From: a virus
Lineage: Duplodnaviria > Caudoviricetes
Strand: one strand, 5' to 3'
Virus record (IMG/VR): IMGVR_UViG_3300020049_006510
Coordinates: 6,049 to 70,048 of that record
DNA length: 64,000 nucleotides
Positions 32,901-43,695 of this stretch are shown piece after piece (the first letter of the stretch is position 1; each line of letters starts with the position of its first letter). The position numbers and the translations under genes are program-made. The notes under the pieces are model-generated. The model did not search any database, was not told the DNA's origin, and worked only from the letters and a program-made list of their open reading frames with translations.

Positions 32901-35258
32901 ATGTCATCATTACAATCAAATCTTAATATTGAAGATATCCATTTATCAGCTGATGAAAAGGATAGTTTTGATTATATCAAAAAGAAGACAGACTATTTGA
33001 TAGCATCTTTGTATCGTGAAAAAACTAAGGTACAGAAATGTCGAGATTTGTATGAAGGGGTGCGAGATAAACAAGAGTTCAAATACTTAGAAAATGTTTA
33101 TGGCTTAGAAACTCCTATGTCTATTAAAATGACACCACTAATTAAAACTAGAATTGATGTTTTAATAGGTTTATTTTTAGACGAGGTATTCAAATACCAA
33201 ATAAGTATTAGTGATGTTAATTCTCTTGATATAGCAGCTGAAGAAAAGAAAAAGGCCTCTTACAAGGGAATAGTAAATCAATTTAAAAAACAAAGTCAGC
33301 TTAACGACCAAAGAATAAAATTAGGACAAGAACCAACTACTGATTTAGTTACAGAAGAATTTTTAAATAATGTATTAAAAGGCATTGATAAAAGTTTTGT
33401 TTCTGAGTTTGAAAAAGCTGCTTCTCATTTAATTAACTTCTTTGAAAACGATCAAACATTAGAGTTTCGTCAGAAGATGAAACAATTTGTTTTAGACTTC
33501 TTTGTTGTAGGCGAAGCTTATTATAGAACCTACGTAGAAACTGTTGGCCAAGACCCAGTTTTAGAGATCAAGAAGCCTGAGAATATTTTTTACAACAAAA
33601 ACACAAATTATCAATTCTTATCTTCTGGAGCAAAACCAAATGTTACTGCATTAGTTAATAGAGAATATATGACTAGAGGGCAAGTACTTAATAAGTATGG
33701 TCATCTTATGAGTCAAACAGATTTGGATAAATTATTTGGAAGAGGTTTTGGAAGTAATGGTGGTTCTCATATTATACATAGTCCACAAGAATTAGAGTAT
33801 ATTTACTCGAAAGAAAACAGTGATAAGATTCATAATCAACACACTTACAGCTTATTCGATACTGTAACTGTATGGCATACAGAATGGTTAGCCAATAATG
33901 AGATAGAAATAGATGACGAACTGGCTGAAGATAAACAGAATGTGGAAAATATTTCTCGTTCTAAATTATACAAGGAAGAAAAGTCATACGATGGTTCAGG
34001 TAAACCAAAAAGAAAAGGCTATAAGTTAGATCGTTATGAATCTATACGTGTGGACTATGATATTTACTTAAATTGTGGCAGAAGTCGTCACATTACGAGA
34101 TCCCAAGCACAACCTTGGTACACAACACTTTCATACAATGGAGTTTCTTATAATGATAGAAATGGTAGATCATACTCTTTGGCGTGGTCGCTTAAAGATT
34201 TACAAGATTTGTATGATATTAATATGTTTCATAGAGACAATTTAATTGCAAATTCGGGTGTAAATGGTTCTCGTATTAATCTTGCTGGTATACCAAAGGT
34301 ATTAGGTAATGATTTTATGGAACGATTATTAAAGTTCGTTGCCTTAAGAAAACAAGGTATAGAATTAATTGATCCAACAGAACCAGGAGCAGCATTGTTT
34401 CAACACTACGGAGATTTTACTTCTGGTCTAGATGGTAATGCGGTACAATCAATTAATCTAGTATTAGAATCAATAGAAAAGCAAGCTGATGTAGTAACAG
34501 GTGTTAATAGATATATGTATGCTGCGGCAGAACAAAGAGACGCAGTAAGTAATGTTAAAACGGGAATTAAGCAAACTTCTATCATTATGAAAGATATGTT
34601 TGATTTACTGTATACTAGTCGTACCAATGTTCTAACAGATTTGATCAATAATGCCAAGACTTGCTACAAGAAAGGCAAACGAGGTTCTTATATTGTAGGC
34701 AATAGAACTTATTTATTTAGTATAATGCCAGAGAATTTCTGCTTTACTGATATTAATATACATGTTATTAAGAACGATAAAGATTCTGAAAAAATAGAAA
34801 GAGTTAAAACTATAATACCAGAGTTGATTGCTCGTAATTCAATAGCAGATGATACTGTTATTAAAATTTCAATGTCTGATTCTGGTAGAGAAATACTTGA
34901 TATTATTGAGGATAGTATGGCTGAGAAGAAGAAGGAGAATGATACTATTAAACAATTACAAGATCAGTTAAATCAAGCTAGTGAGCAGATGAAACAGCTT
35001 CAAGCGCAAGCAGAAGAGGCCAAAAAGCAAATAGAATTGTTCAATAAACAAGATCAACAAATTAAACAAAGAGAATTAGTAATTAGAGAACGTGAATCTG
35101 TTGCTACTATTGATTACAATAAGAAAAATTTAGAGTTAACAGAGCAACGTGATTTAAAGAAAGCAGAAAAAGATATTGCTGCATTGGAATTAGAAAAAGA
35201 ACAGATTTATGCAGAAAATATTAGTTCTAAATCTCGTGAAGTAAAAAATGATATATGA
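32901..35258 (+). CDS. portal protein
   Basis: 785 aa between TerL and MCP; N-terminal YEG.RD..FKYL, C-terminal coiled-coil barrel; Crassvirales synteny. Confidence 0.85.
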   Translation: MSSLQSNLNIEDIHLSADEKDSFDYIKKKTDYLIASLYREKTKVQKCRDLYEGVRDKQEFKYLENVYGLETPMSIKMTPLIKTRIDVLIGLFLDEVFKYQISISDVNSLDIAAEEKKKASYKGIVNQFKKQSQLNDQRIKLGQEPTTDLVTEEFLNNVLKGIDKSFVSEFEKAASHLINFFENDQTLEFRQKMKQFVLDFFVVGEAYYRTYVETVGQDPVLEIKKPENIFYNKNTNYQFLSSGAKPNVTALVNREYMTRGQVLNKYGHLMSQTDLDKLFGRGFGSNGGSHIIHSPQELEYIYSKENSDKIHNQHTYSLFDTVTVWHTEWLANNEIEIDDELAEDKQNVENISRSKLYKEEKSYDGSGKPKRKGYKLDRYESIRVDYDIYLNCGRSRHITRSQAQPWYTTLSYNGVSYNDRNGRSYSLAWSLKDLQDLYDINMFHRDNLIANSGVNGSRINLAGIPKVLGNDFMERLLKFVALRKQGIELIDPTEPGAALFQHYGDFTSGLDGNAVQSINLVLESIEKQADVVTGVNRYMYAAAEQRDAVSNVKTGIKQTSIIMKDMFDLLYTSRTNVLTDLINNAKTCYKKGKRGSYIVGNRTYLFSIMPENFCFTDINIHVIKNDKDSEKIERVKTIIPELIARNSIADDTVIKISMSDSGREILDIIEDSMAEKKKENDTIKQLQDQLNQASEQMKQLQAQAEEAKKQIELFNKQDQQIKQRELVIRERESVATIDYNKKNLELTEQRDLKKAEKDIAALELEKEQIYAENISSKSREVKNDI

Positions 35259-35398
35259 GCAAGGAATTAAAAAAATACTATGTTCCAATAGATAAAGGAT
35301 TCGCTGTTGTTAATGAACATCAGATTAGAAAGCCTCGTTGGATACAACATTTTGGTGGTATTAAAGAATTAGAAAAATTTATTAAAAAAGTTAAATAA
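35255..35398 (+). CDS. 47-aa basic peptide
   Basis: Hand-translated MSKELKKYYVPIDKG...; coupled on both sides (ATGA, TAATG). Confidence 0.5.
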   Translation: MSKELKKYYVPIDKGFAVVNEHQIRKPRWIQHFGGIKELEKFIKKVK

Positions 35399-36564
35399 TG
35401 GATATTCGTATAGTAGAAACAATGCCAACTTCTGGTACTCTAGCTGATTCTAGATTTAGAGTTGATCCAAGTAAAGAAAATATTACTTTGGAATATTCTT
35501 ATGGTGATGAGTCGTTAGCATTGCTAGATTATAATATTAATTATGCTGCATTACCATATGTAATGGGTTCAGGTCTTGTGAAGAAAACTTTTTTAACTTA
35601 CAATGGAATTTCTTATCAAACTAAGGAAATATTAGAAACTGTTTTAATGGAATCTGCAAATACTGCAGATCCAGACCAAGCACCTAATTTTTTGAACTCT
35701 AATGAATGGATTTATTATCCTTCTAGATTTAACGTACCAGCAGCAACTGCAGGTCTTGGTTCTGTTGATACTTTGACTTGGCCTTACCCTTATTCTGAAG
35801 GTGTTACTTTAATTAAACAATTTTTAAACTCAGAAGGTAATTTAAATCCTCCATTATATACAGCTTATTATAGACAACCTACAATGACTAATTTTGAATT
35901 AGCAAATGCAGAGGGTGGAACTGTTTACACTGATGGTTGGTATACTTCTTATGTCATTGCTGTAAAGACTTATACTTTAGTAGACCCTTCTACCAATGGA
36001 ATTACTATTAATCAGATCGTTTATAACGAATCGGATGAACAATTTTATATAAATATAACAGGTGATGTACTACCGTATAATGTTGATAATTCTCATTTAC
36101 CAGAAAATGATACAACCAATTGGACAGCTGGTCCTACGTTTGAGCAATGGATGAATCTACTAAGACAAAATATTGGTGGTAATACTATAATAAATACTGG
36201 TAATGGTGGCAATGTAACATTAGGTAATATAGGAGTTAATACTATTGTGCCAGCTGGTACAGAACGTTTTGGTAATCGTAGAGCAGCACCTCAAGACCCT
36301 GTTTTCTATATTGAATGTCAACATTTAGTTACTCCTGTTTTAAACCATGCAATATTAGCAGAATTAAAACGTACATGCGGTTGTTGTCATAAAGATGAAT
36401 TTGGCTTAACACATTTAGAAGATTGGGTTAGATTGACACAAAAAAGATTAGGAGCTTTAGTTAATTTTAACGAAGAAAATTATCGTGACGCACAATGTAT
36501 TATTCAAAGCTCAAGGGCTAAATGTACACAATGTATTTACCATAAAAACTGTTTGTCATGTTAA
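35398..36564 (+). CDS. putative virion protein with Cys-rich C-terminus
   Basis: 388 aa downstream of the portal; CGCC and CxxC..C..C. Confidence 0.6.
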   Translation: MDIRIVETMPTSGTLADSRFRVDPSKENITLEYSYGDESLALLDYNINYAALPYVMGSGLVKKTFLTYNGISYQTKEILETVLMESANTADPDQAPNFLNSNEWIYYPSRFNVPAATAGLGSVDTLTWPYPYSEGVTLIKQFLNSEGNLNPPLYTAYYRQPTMTNFELANAEGGTVYTDGWYTSYVIAVKTYTLVDPSTNGITINQIVYNESDEQFYINITGDVLPYNVDNSHLPENDTTNWTAGPTFEQWMNLLRQNIGGNTIINTGNGGNVTLGNIGVNTIVPAGTERFGNRRAAPQDPVFYIECQHLVTPVLNHAILAELKRTCGCCHKDEFGLTHLEDWVRLTQKRLGALVNFNEENYRDAQCIIQSSRAKCTQCIYHKNCLSC

Positions 36565-36812
36565 TTAGACATCAATTAGATTATCTAAACTCTTTCGATG
36601 CTGCTTATAGTAAAATAGCAAAGATAGAATCTCAAATAGCTAATCGCGAAGAGTTCGTAGGTAACTCAAAACAATTGGACAAGATGAGAGCACATTCTTT
36701 ATTAATGTCTATATTGGTGGATCACTTACAAAATGAAGATAACGAATCACCAATAGGTAATGAGACTTTCTTACAATGCTTAAACAAATTAATAACTACT
36801 AATATCTGCTAA
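36558..36812 (+). CDS. hypothetical protein in head module
   Basis: 84 aa, coupled. Confidence 0.6.
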   Translation: MLIRHQLDYLNSFDAAYSKIAKIESQIANREEFVGNSKQLDKMRAHSLLMSILVDHLQNEDNESPIGNETFLQCLNKLITTNIC

Positions 36813-36813
36813 A

Positions 36814-37245
36814 ATGCCTTTAAACAATAGCCAAAACAGCACTAACAATATACTAGGACAGAATACAAGAAATCCAAGATTTTTTGCTAACAATTCAGCG
36901 CCTGATACAGACAATCGTTTTATAGATTTAACTTCACAAGGTTTTAACATTGTACCTGACTTAATGTGGGATCACACACAAATGCAGTATATACTACCTC
37001 CAGGCGCAACAGCGAATGTAGCAATTGGTAATTTTAGAAATGGTCAAGAAAGAACTTTACATACAATAATGCTAAGTAATGCTTATACAACTAATGCTAG
37101 GACTTTCACTTTTGGCAATAGATACGTGTTTCTAGATGACCCAGGACAAAGTAAAATTGTTGATCCTGGTAAAATACTTGCCTACTTTGGAACTATCGTA
37201 AAAGGTAAAATGTACTTAAGGCTTTCTATTGAAAGTACTAACTAA
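36814..37245 (+). CDS. putative structural protein
   Basis: 143-aa beta-rich ORF in the head module. Confidence 0.6.
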   Translation: MPLNNSQNSTNNILGQNTRNPRFFANNSAPDTDNRFIDLTSQGFNIVPDLMWDHTQMQYILPPGATANVAIGNFRNGQERTLHTIMLSNAYTTNARTFTFGNRYVFLDDPGQSKIVDPGKILAYFGTIVKGKMYLRLSIESTN

Positions 37246-37292
37246 TTAAAATAAATTTCACTAAATTTAAACATAATTAAAATAAGAATAAT

Positions 37293-38375
37293 ATGCCAAT
37301 AAATGACAATTCAGACCTAGATGGTCTACATGACGATGGTGACGATTTAATCGTTGACCCAGTCGATCCAATTCCAACACCTGGTGATGATAACGATCCT
37401 CCAGCACCTGTTGATGATCCACCTGCTAAAGATTCTAATACTGACGATGCTCCGGATTTATCTGGTATGGAAAAGTTTTTAGCTGATTATGGCGTAATAG
37501 GTGGTATGATTACCTTTGAAGACGGGGAGCAAAAACATTTTGATGAACTGAGTGATGTTGAAAAGTATAACGTTGTATCTTCCTTAGTTGAGAATTCTGC
37601 TACGCCAATAGAACAAAAGTATGGTTTAGATCCAGCAGAGATACAATTATTAAATTACTTTAGAACGCAAGAAGGTAAAACTATTGAAGAATCACTAGAT
37701 GCATTATTAGAACAAAGAATGTCACAAATAGAATTGTTGAATTCTGCTAATAATACAGATTACGAAAATATGTCACAAGATGCTTTGTATCTTAGATGGT
37801 TAAAACAAAATAACCCAGAAGCTACGGAAGAAGATTTACAAGAAGATCTAGAGAAAGCTAAACAATTAAAGAGCTTTGAAAAAAGTGTTGATGGTATTAA
37901 GAAAGTTTTCGTAGAGCAACAATTAGCTGAAAATCAAAAAGCAAAATTAGAACAAGAGAGATTACAACAAATAGAACTTGAATCAGACCGTAGACAAATT
38001 GTAGAGACAGTTTCTCAAATAGATTCTGTTGCAGGATTCGAAGTAAATGATGATGAAAAGAACGAGATTCTTCAAAGTTTACTTGAAGTAAATGAACAAG
38101 GTGATTCAATATTTATGGAAGAAATATTCAGTGATCCTAACAAACTTTTCAAGGCAGCATGGTTATACCATAAAGGTGAAAAGATGTTTGATGATATGTC
38201 TGATTATTACAAAAGAGAATTATCTAAACAATATAAAAAGGGTAGAGAAGAAGCCTTACAAGGAACACCTTCTAAACCAATTGTGATAAGCAATAACAGT
38301 AATAAAAATACAATTGCCAAGAGAGATGAAGTGAATGCTAAGACTCAAGATGAATTATTTGATGACGAGGATTAA
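37293..38375 (+). CDS. putative capsid scaffolding protein
   Basis: Very acidic, Pro/Asp-rich N-terminus, coiled coils, immediately upstream of MCP. Confidence 0.6.
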   Translation: MPINDNSDLDGLHDDGDDLIVDPVDPIPTPGDDNDPPAPVDDPPAKDSNTDDAPDLSGMEKFLADYGVIGGMITFEDGEQKHFDELSDVEKYNVVSSLVENSATPIEQKYGLDPAEIQLLNYFRTQEGKTIEESLDALLEQRMSQIELLNSANNTDYENMSQDALYLRWLKQNNPEATEEDLQEDLEKAKQLKSFEKSVDGIKKVFVEQQLAENQKAKLEQERLQQIELESDRRQIVETVSQIDSVAGFEVNDDEKNEILQSLLEVNEQGDSIFMEEIFSDPNKLFKAAWLYHKGEKMFDDMSDYYKRELSKQYKKGREEALQGTPSKPIVISNNSNKNTIAKRDEVNAKTQDELFDDED

Positions 38376-38388
38376 AATTTAAGCTTTT

Positions 38389-38423
38389 TTACCTTTTAAA
38401 ATTAAACATTTTTTATATTTATT
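38389..38423 (+). promoter_or_regulatory. putative late promoter TTAC-N23-TATTTATT, with leader hairpin GGTAGG/CCTACC at 38461-38477
   Basis: Same elements and spacing upstream of the auxiliary capsid gene (41666-41700). Confidence 0.5.
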
Positions 38424-38496
38424 ACGTAACTAACAGGTTAAACAACAATTAATAATCAAAGGTAGGCACTACCTACCATAAAACAAAAGAAAACAA

Positions 38497-39909
38497 ATGA
38501 AAATTGTAGACAGAGCAACGGTGTTCCAAAACATGAGTTCCACTAAAACAGTGCAACACTTCGGAACATTGCTAGGGCAAAAGCCTCACAAATTAGGTCA
38601 AGTGGTTACTATGTACTCTCACTTGGCTATTAGTACTTTAACAGATGCGTTAAAGAACATTTATTATAACCCTAAAAAAGGAACTGGTTCTTTTAGCCCT
38701 ATTAATTCTATGGCTATTGAATGGGATATCGACGTTAACTTCATTAAGAAGGTAAAAATCGTTGGTGACATTTCTGGTACAGGTGTTAATAAAAAAGTAG
38801 AAACAATCTTATTAGAAGAGCGTTACTACGATCGTAACGATACTTTCACTTTAGAGAACAAACAACAATTATTTGTAGTTGCTGCTCCAAAGAAGATCAC
38901 TAACAAACGTTGGGAATACCGCGTAATTTTAGTTGGTAATGATTTAACAAAAACAATCAATACAACTTTTGCTGCTGCTGGTAGAACTACTCGTTACCGT
39001 TCAAATTACTACCCTGAATTATCAGAAAGAGGATATTTAAAATTCCAATCTAATACTGAAACTCACAGAAATTATTTATCTCGTCACCGTGCTTCAGCAG
39101 ATTGGTCATCTGATTTTGCTATTCACGAAGAGTTATTTATTGATGCTGGTAAAGGTAAAGATGGTTCATCTCAATATTTCAAGATGAATAAAAAAGAAAA
39201 GCAATGTATGGACACTTTCTTGATGTCAAGAGAGCAACATTGTATTTTCGGTCAAACTAACTTTGACGTAAACGGTAAGTGTTTAGATCAAGATGAACAT
39301 GGACGTGATATCCCTATGGGAGACGGTGTAATTCCTCAAATTGAGCGTTACTGTGATAAGTTTGCTTATTCAATTTTAACTTCTGACGTATTAGATGACG
39401 TTATGAATTCAATGATTGAGAAGTCAGATATGCCAACAGGTAATATTTATGCAGTTGTTTGTAACGAAAAAATGTACCAACAATTTGGTAAATTAATGAA
39501 GTCAGATTTACGTTTCCAATCACCAAATGATGGATCTTATTTCTACTCAAAGAAAACTGGTGGTAAAGTACGTGTAGGTGCTGAATTCGATAGTTATACT
39601 TTCCAAGGTAACACTATTACTTTCATGCCTGATCGTTGTTTATCTCAAGAATACCCTGATTTCGCTTATGGTATTTTCTTAGACACAGGTGCTGATTTAG
39701 TTTCTGGTCGTCCAAACTTAGCAATGTTTACATTGGAAGGTTCTGAGATCGTTTCAGGTAACTTAAACGGTATGGGTGGACAAGATGGTAAAACTTCTGG
39801 TGAAGTATCTACTTCAGTAGCAGGTTCTCAATACCACTTATTAGGATATAGTGCTGCGGTAATATTCAATCCTTACAAGTCATTCTTATTACAAGAGAAC
39901 GTAATCTAA
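38497..39909 (+). CDS. major capsid protein
   Basis: 470 aa; YYPELSERG, SNTETHRNY and GDGVIPQIE motifs of crAss-like MCPs; biased codons; own terminator. Confidence 0.88.
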   Translation: MKIVDRATVFQNMSSTKTVQHFGTLLGQKPHKLGQVVTMYSHLAISTLTDALKNIYYNPKKGTGSFSPINSMAIEWDIDVNFIKKVKIVGDISGTGVNKKVETILLEERYYDRNDTFTLENKQQLFVVAAPKKITNKRWEYRVILVGNDLTKTINTTFAAAGRTTRYRSNYYPELSERGYLKFQSNTETHRNYLSRHRASADWSSDFAIHEELFIDAGKGKDGSSQYFKMNKKEKQCMDTFLMSREQHCIFGQTNFDVNGKCLDQDEHGRDIPMGDGVIPQIERYCDKFAYSILTSDVLDDVMNSMIEKSDMPTGNIYAVVCNEKMYQQFGKLMKSDLRFQSPNDGSYFYSKKTGGKVRVGAEFDSYTFQGNTITFMPDRCLSQEYPDFAYGIFLDTGADLVSGRPNLAMFTLEGSEIVSGNLNGMGGQDGKTSGEVSTSVAGSQYHLLGYSAAVIFNPYKSFLLQENVI

Positions 39910-39937
39910 TTAAATTAGATTTTACTTAATAAAATTG

Positions 39938-39970
39938 AAGGTGGTCCAATAGGGTCACCTTTAATATTTT
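39938..39970 (+). terminator. intrinsic terminator after MCP
   Basis: AAGGTGGTCC-AATA-GGGTCACCTT followed by a T-rich tail. Confidence 0.65.
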
Positions 39971-40026
39971 TATATATCCCATTATATAATCAAGGTTTAT
40001 TTTTATATTTACTTCATAATCAAAAT

Positions 40027-40869
40027 ATGAATAATATGACAGAAGACAAATTTACAACAATCGAAGCTAATTCAGTAATAGAATTGAAAAGTGCTTCAAA
40101 AACAGCAAAACAAATCGTTCAACCAGCTTGGAATGCTACTATTGGTTGGTGGGCAGGAGTGCCAAGATTATCAGAAGATGATAAGAAGAAATTAGACTTT
40201 TGGGTAGACGAAAAAAGCAAAATGGTATTAAAAGATGGTATTACTTTTAATTTAAGTAATCCTATTGATAAAGCTAATTGGGAATGGATCAGATATTGCA
40301 AACAAGTTGCAGCATCAGTAGATGATTTATTACACAGCCCAGAAGCAATGTTTTATGTACATATAGAAGGTCGTGAGGCAAAACAAAAGAATTCTCGTTC
40401 TATAGCAAAATTTGAAGCACAGAAATTTGTAATTGACGATGCTATGGAAAATTACGCTAGTCGTTGCTTGTTATTAGGTATGGATTTTGAAGGGGAATCA
40501 CCTGAAGTAATGCGTGAATTTCTCTTGGAAAAAGCAATGGAAACACCAGAAGATGTTAAACGTATTTATACCTCTAAAAATTTATCAATACATTTACTAT
40601 ATTTAACAGCTAAGAAGAAAAGTTTAATTAAAGAATCTCGTGGGGTGATGATGTACGATCACCATATTTTAGGGGTAAATGACGAAGCTGCAATTGCTTA
40701 TTTACAAGATCCAGATAGTAAAGGTATTGTAGAGTTGTTAGAGCGTGCTACTAAACCAGAATACTTTACTGAGAAGAAAACTACAGCAAAAGAGACTGTT
40801 GCAGAGAACACATCAGATGATGGTGAAGTAGAAGAACCTAAAAAGAAATTTGGTTTTCAAAAGAAATAA
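40027..40869 (+). CDS. Crassvirales-type protein downstream of MCP
   Basis: 280 aa; FNLSNPIDKANWEWI motif; synteny. Confidence 0.6.
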   Translation: MNNMTEDKFTTIEANSVIELKSASKTAKQIVQPAWNATIGWWAGVPRLSEDDKKKLDFWVDEKSKMVLKDGITFNLSNPIDKANWEWIRYCKQVAASVDDLLHSPEAMFYVHIEGREAKQKNSRSIAKFEAQKFVIDDAMENYASRCLLLGMDFEGESPEVMREFLLEKAMETPEDVKRIYTSKNLSIHLLYLTAKKKSLIKESRGVMMYDHHILGVNDEAAIAYLQDPDSKGIVELLERATKPEYFTEKKTTAKETVAENTSDDGEVEEPKKKFGFQKK

Positions 40870-40873
40870 ATAA

Positions 40874-41659
40874 ATGACTGTAAAGCAAGTATACGAATAT
40901 ACACTAATGGAGTTGAGGAAAGCTAAGGCACCTCATCTCCACTTAGAAGAATTTAATTATTATATTAATAAGAGTATTCAGGAGTATATTAATACTGCTT
41001 ATAGAACTTATGAAACTACACAACAGACCTCTGATGATTTATCCGCTATTAGCGACAACGTTACTGGTACTATAAATTTGCAAGGTAATTCAGTAGTTTA
41101 TACAGGTGATAATTTTAATGGAACTAAAACAGTTAGAAAAGGTCAGTTGTATGGCAGTACTTATTCTCAGTTTGTTTTACCAGATAATTATATGCATTTA
41201 CTTGGTATTGTACCAACATGTGCTACTAAATTTAATTACAAATGTTACAAAGCAGGATATGAGCATTCTTATGGAGCATCTAAGCTTACCGCAGATGTAG
41301 CAGGAGCTATGACAAGTAACGCTTTTATTAGACCAGCTGTAGATAATACATATTACAGAATAATAGATTCTGGTATAATTACTTCTACAATACCTGATAT
41401 ACAAGTATTTTATGGTGATGGAAATAAAATTAGATTAGCTAGTTTTTATTTATCCTATTTGAAGAAACCAATGGTAATAATCTTAACAACACAACAAAGA
41501 GATTTACCACATGATAACTCTCAGATAATGGAGTTTCCAGATTATGTTTGTAATGAAATAATAAAAAAGATTGTAACGTTAGTAATGGAAAATTCACAAA
41601 ATCCTAGATTAAGTACTTTTATTCCTGTGAATAAAACTATAGATAATTTAGGAAAATAA
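40874..41659 (+). CDS. tail ring (tubular/adaptor) protein
   Basis: EEFNYYINKSIQEYI N-terminus, P.NY.H.LG, YLKKP and EFPDYVCNEII, typical of crAss ring proteins. Confidence 0.65.
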   Translation: MTVKQVYEYTLMELRKAKAPHLHLEEFNYYINKSIQEYINTAYRTYETTQQTSDDLSAISDNVTGTINLQGNSVVYTGDNFNGTKTVRKGQLYGSTYSQFVLPDNYMHLLGIVPTCATKFNYKCYKAGYEHSYGASKLTADVAGAMTSNAFIRPAVDNTYYRIIDSGIITSTIPDIQVFYGDGNKIRLASFYLSYLKKPMVIILTTQQRDLPHDNSQIMEFPDYVCNEIIKKIVTLVMENSQNPRLSTFIPVNKTIDNLGK

Positions 41660-41795
41660 AAATATTTACCTTGTGGAATAAAAAATATTTAATATTTATT
41701 ACATACTGTTAGGTTTCAGGGATACCAGCTCTGAGTATTTAAAACCGAAGATATACACTGGTAAAATATCTTCATAAAACAAAATAAAAAACAAA

Positions 41796-42809
41796 ATGTT
41801 TACATTAAACGAAAAACAATTAGTATTAAACGCGAACGCAGACGTTAGAGTATTTGATCCTATAACAGGAACAGCTCATGTTGCTTCAACACCAATTGTA
41901 TCAACTGATTCAATTTCTATCAAGGGATTTGGTACATTCCCAATTTTAGCAATCACAGACTTTAAAGCTCGTCGTGCTAGTGCACCTGTAGCTGAAGTTA
42001 CAGATTGGTTAGTAACAGCTCCAACTGGAATCGCAGTAGGTGATGCTATCGAAACTAAGGTTACCTACAAAACTTCTCGTTATGCAGGTGAAGACGCTAT
42101 CAATTACATTGAAGGATCTCGTCCTATTATTTTCCAAACGGCAGCTTTAACAGGTATCACAGCAGCGAACATTCGTGACGCAGTAGTATTAGGTTGGGCG
42201 GCTTATTTAGCTACTTTTGCTAAATTTGATCCAAAAATTACAGTAACAGCAGATGGTGTAGCAGATCTACGTGTAACAGTTGCAACAGGGCACGAATATT
42301 TGAAGATCGTAAAGGTTGAAATTCGTCGTATTGTTCAAGGTGCTGGTTCACAAACTGCAGTATCATTAGCAAAAACTACTATTACAGCTGGTAAAGAAGG
42401 AGATGGACAAGGTAAATTTTTAGAAGAGTCAATTCGTATGGCTACACCAATGACTACTAATCCTTACGGTATTGGTGGTGATGACTGGAGAGTAGATGTA
42501 CGTGGATCTTATTCACAAGTTTACTTTAAAGTAGCAGCTTCTTATGATGAATCAATTATTCCTCATGGTTCTGATATCACAGCATCAGCAGAACACACTT
42601 ATATGATTTACTTAAACGAAGCAAATTGCTTAGGTTCAGATAATGCACTTGAGAATTTAGCAGAAGTAGGTGTAATTGTAGCAGGTTTATTGAGTAACGT
42701 TGCAGTTACTGCAATCGCAGCTCCATTAACTCGCGCTCAAGAAGAAGTAGAAGCGTTGATCATCTCTACAGGTGCATCAGTTGCCACAGCCGCGAATTTC
42801 ATCGTTTAG
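41796..42809 (+). CDS. auxiliary capsid protein
   Basis: 337 aa, Ala/Thr/Val-rich, capsid-like codon bias, own promoter and terminator, GK..G.G..LEES motif. Confidence 0.65.
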   Translation: MFTLNEKQLVLNANADVRVFDPITGTAHVASTPIVSTDSISIKGFGTFPILAITDFKARRASAPVAEVTDWLVTAPTGIAVGDAIETKVTYKTSRYAGEDAINYIEGSRPIIFQTAALTGITAANIRDAVVLGWAAYLATFAKFDPKITVTADGVADLRVTVATGHEYLKIVKVEIRRIVQGAGSQTAVSLAKTTITAGKEGDGQGKFLEESIRMATPMTTNPYGIGGDDWRVDVRGSYSQVYFKVAASYDESIIPHGSDITASAEHTYMIYLNEANCLGSDNALENLAEVGVIVAGLLSNVAVTAIAAPLTRAQEEVEALIISTGASVATAANFIV

Positions 42810-42838
42810 GCTATAAACTTTCTTATATTTTAATTTTA

Positions 42839-42862
42839 GACCCCGATTTATTCGGGGTTTAT
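42839..42862 (+). terminator. intrinsic terminator
   Basis: ACCCCGA-TTTAT-TCGGGGT followed by TTATT. Confidence 0.75.
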
Positions 42863-42876
42863 TATTAAATTATATT

Positions 42877-43638
42877 ATGAAAGAAATCTTGGAACGATTT
42901 AACAAAAAGAAGTATAAGTATTTATACAGAACAACTAATATTGCAAATGGTAAAACATATATAGGAGTTCATTGCACAGATAATCTCGGTGATAAATATA
43001 TTGGTAATGGGGTTAAAGCTAATTTTACTACTGCTAACAAAAAGAAACTAACAGCATTTAAAAGTGCATTATTAAAATATGGTGTGCTGAATTTTAAGCT
43101 AGAAATACTAGCCTTTTATGATACATACGAAGAATGTTTAGAACAAGAAAAATTATTAGTGAATGAACAGTGGGTAGCAGACAATAACAATTATAATACT
43201 ACAAAAGGTGGTGTATTACATCATGTTATGTATGGTTCTGATAATCACATGACAAAAAGTGTAGGTTGTTACAGACTGGATGGTACTTTATACAAAATGT
43301 ATGAATGTTACAGTGATGCAGCTACTGAATTACAACTAAATGTTAAAAATATCAGTAGTAGTGTTAGAAAGAACTTTTCTACTGGAGGTTACATATTTAT
43401 TCATAATGAAAACAATATTTACGCAAATGAAATAACACCATTAAATAAAAAACGTGGTTTAGGTAAAAGAAAGAAAATTCAAGTAATGAATTTACGAACA
43501 GAAGAAATGTATGATTTACTTTCAACTAAATCACTTCAAGAATTTATAGGAATACCAAAAGGTACATATGACTATCATATTAAGAAGAAACACAAAGAAT
43601 TCGTCTACAAAGATAAATGGAAAGTATTTGTGTTATAA
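42877..43638 (+). CDS. free-standing Seg-like GIY-YIG homing endonuclease with NUMOD1
   Basis: YLYRTTNIANGKTYIGVH...YIGNG; VGCYRLDGTLYKMY NUMOD1-like segment. Confidence 0.8.
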   Translation: MKEILERFNKKKYKYLYRTTNIANGKTYIGVHCTDNLGDKYIGNGVKANFTTANKKKLTAFKSALLKYGVLNFKLEILAFYDTYEECLEQEKLLVNEQWVADNNNYNTTKGGVLHHVMYGSDNHMTKSVGCYRLDGTLYKMYECYSDAATELQLNVKNISSSVRKNFSTGGYIFIHNENNIYANEITPLNKKRGLGKRKKIQVMNLRTEEMYDLLSTKSLQEFIGIPKGTYDYHIKKKHKEFVYKDKWKVFVL

Positions 43639-43695
43639 TAATTTACTTTGTTCCTAATTTATTTTTTAATATATTAGAATCATAAATAAACAACA

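Noticed and set aside
29997-39909. Introns or inteins in terL, portal or MCP
   Set aside because: The ORFs are continuous and of expected size, with no intein or group I intron motifs seen.
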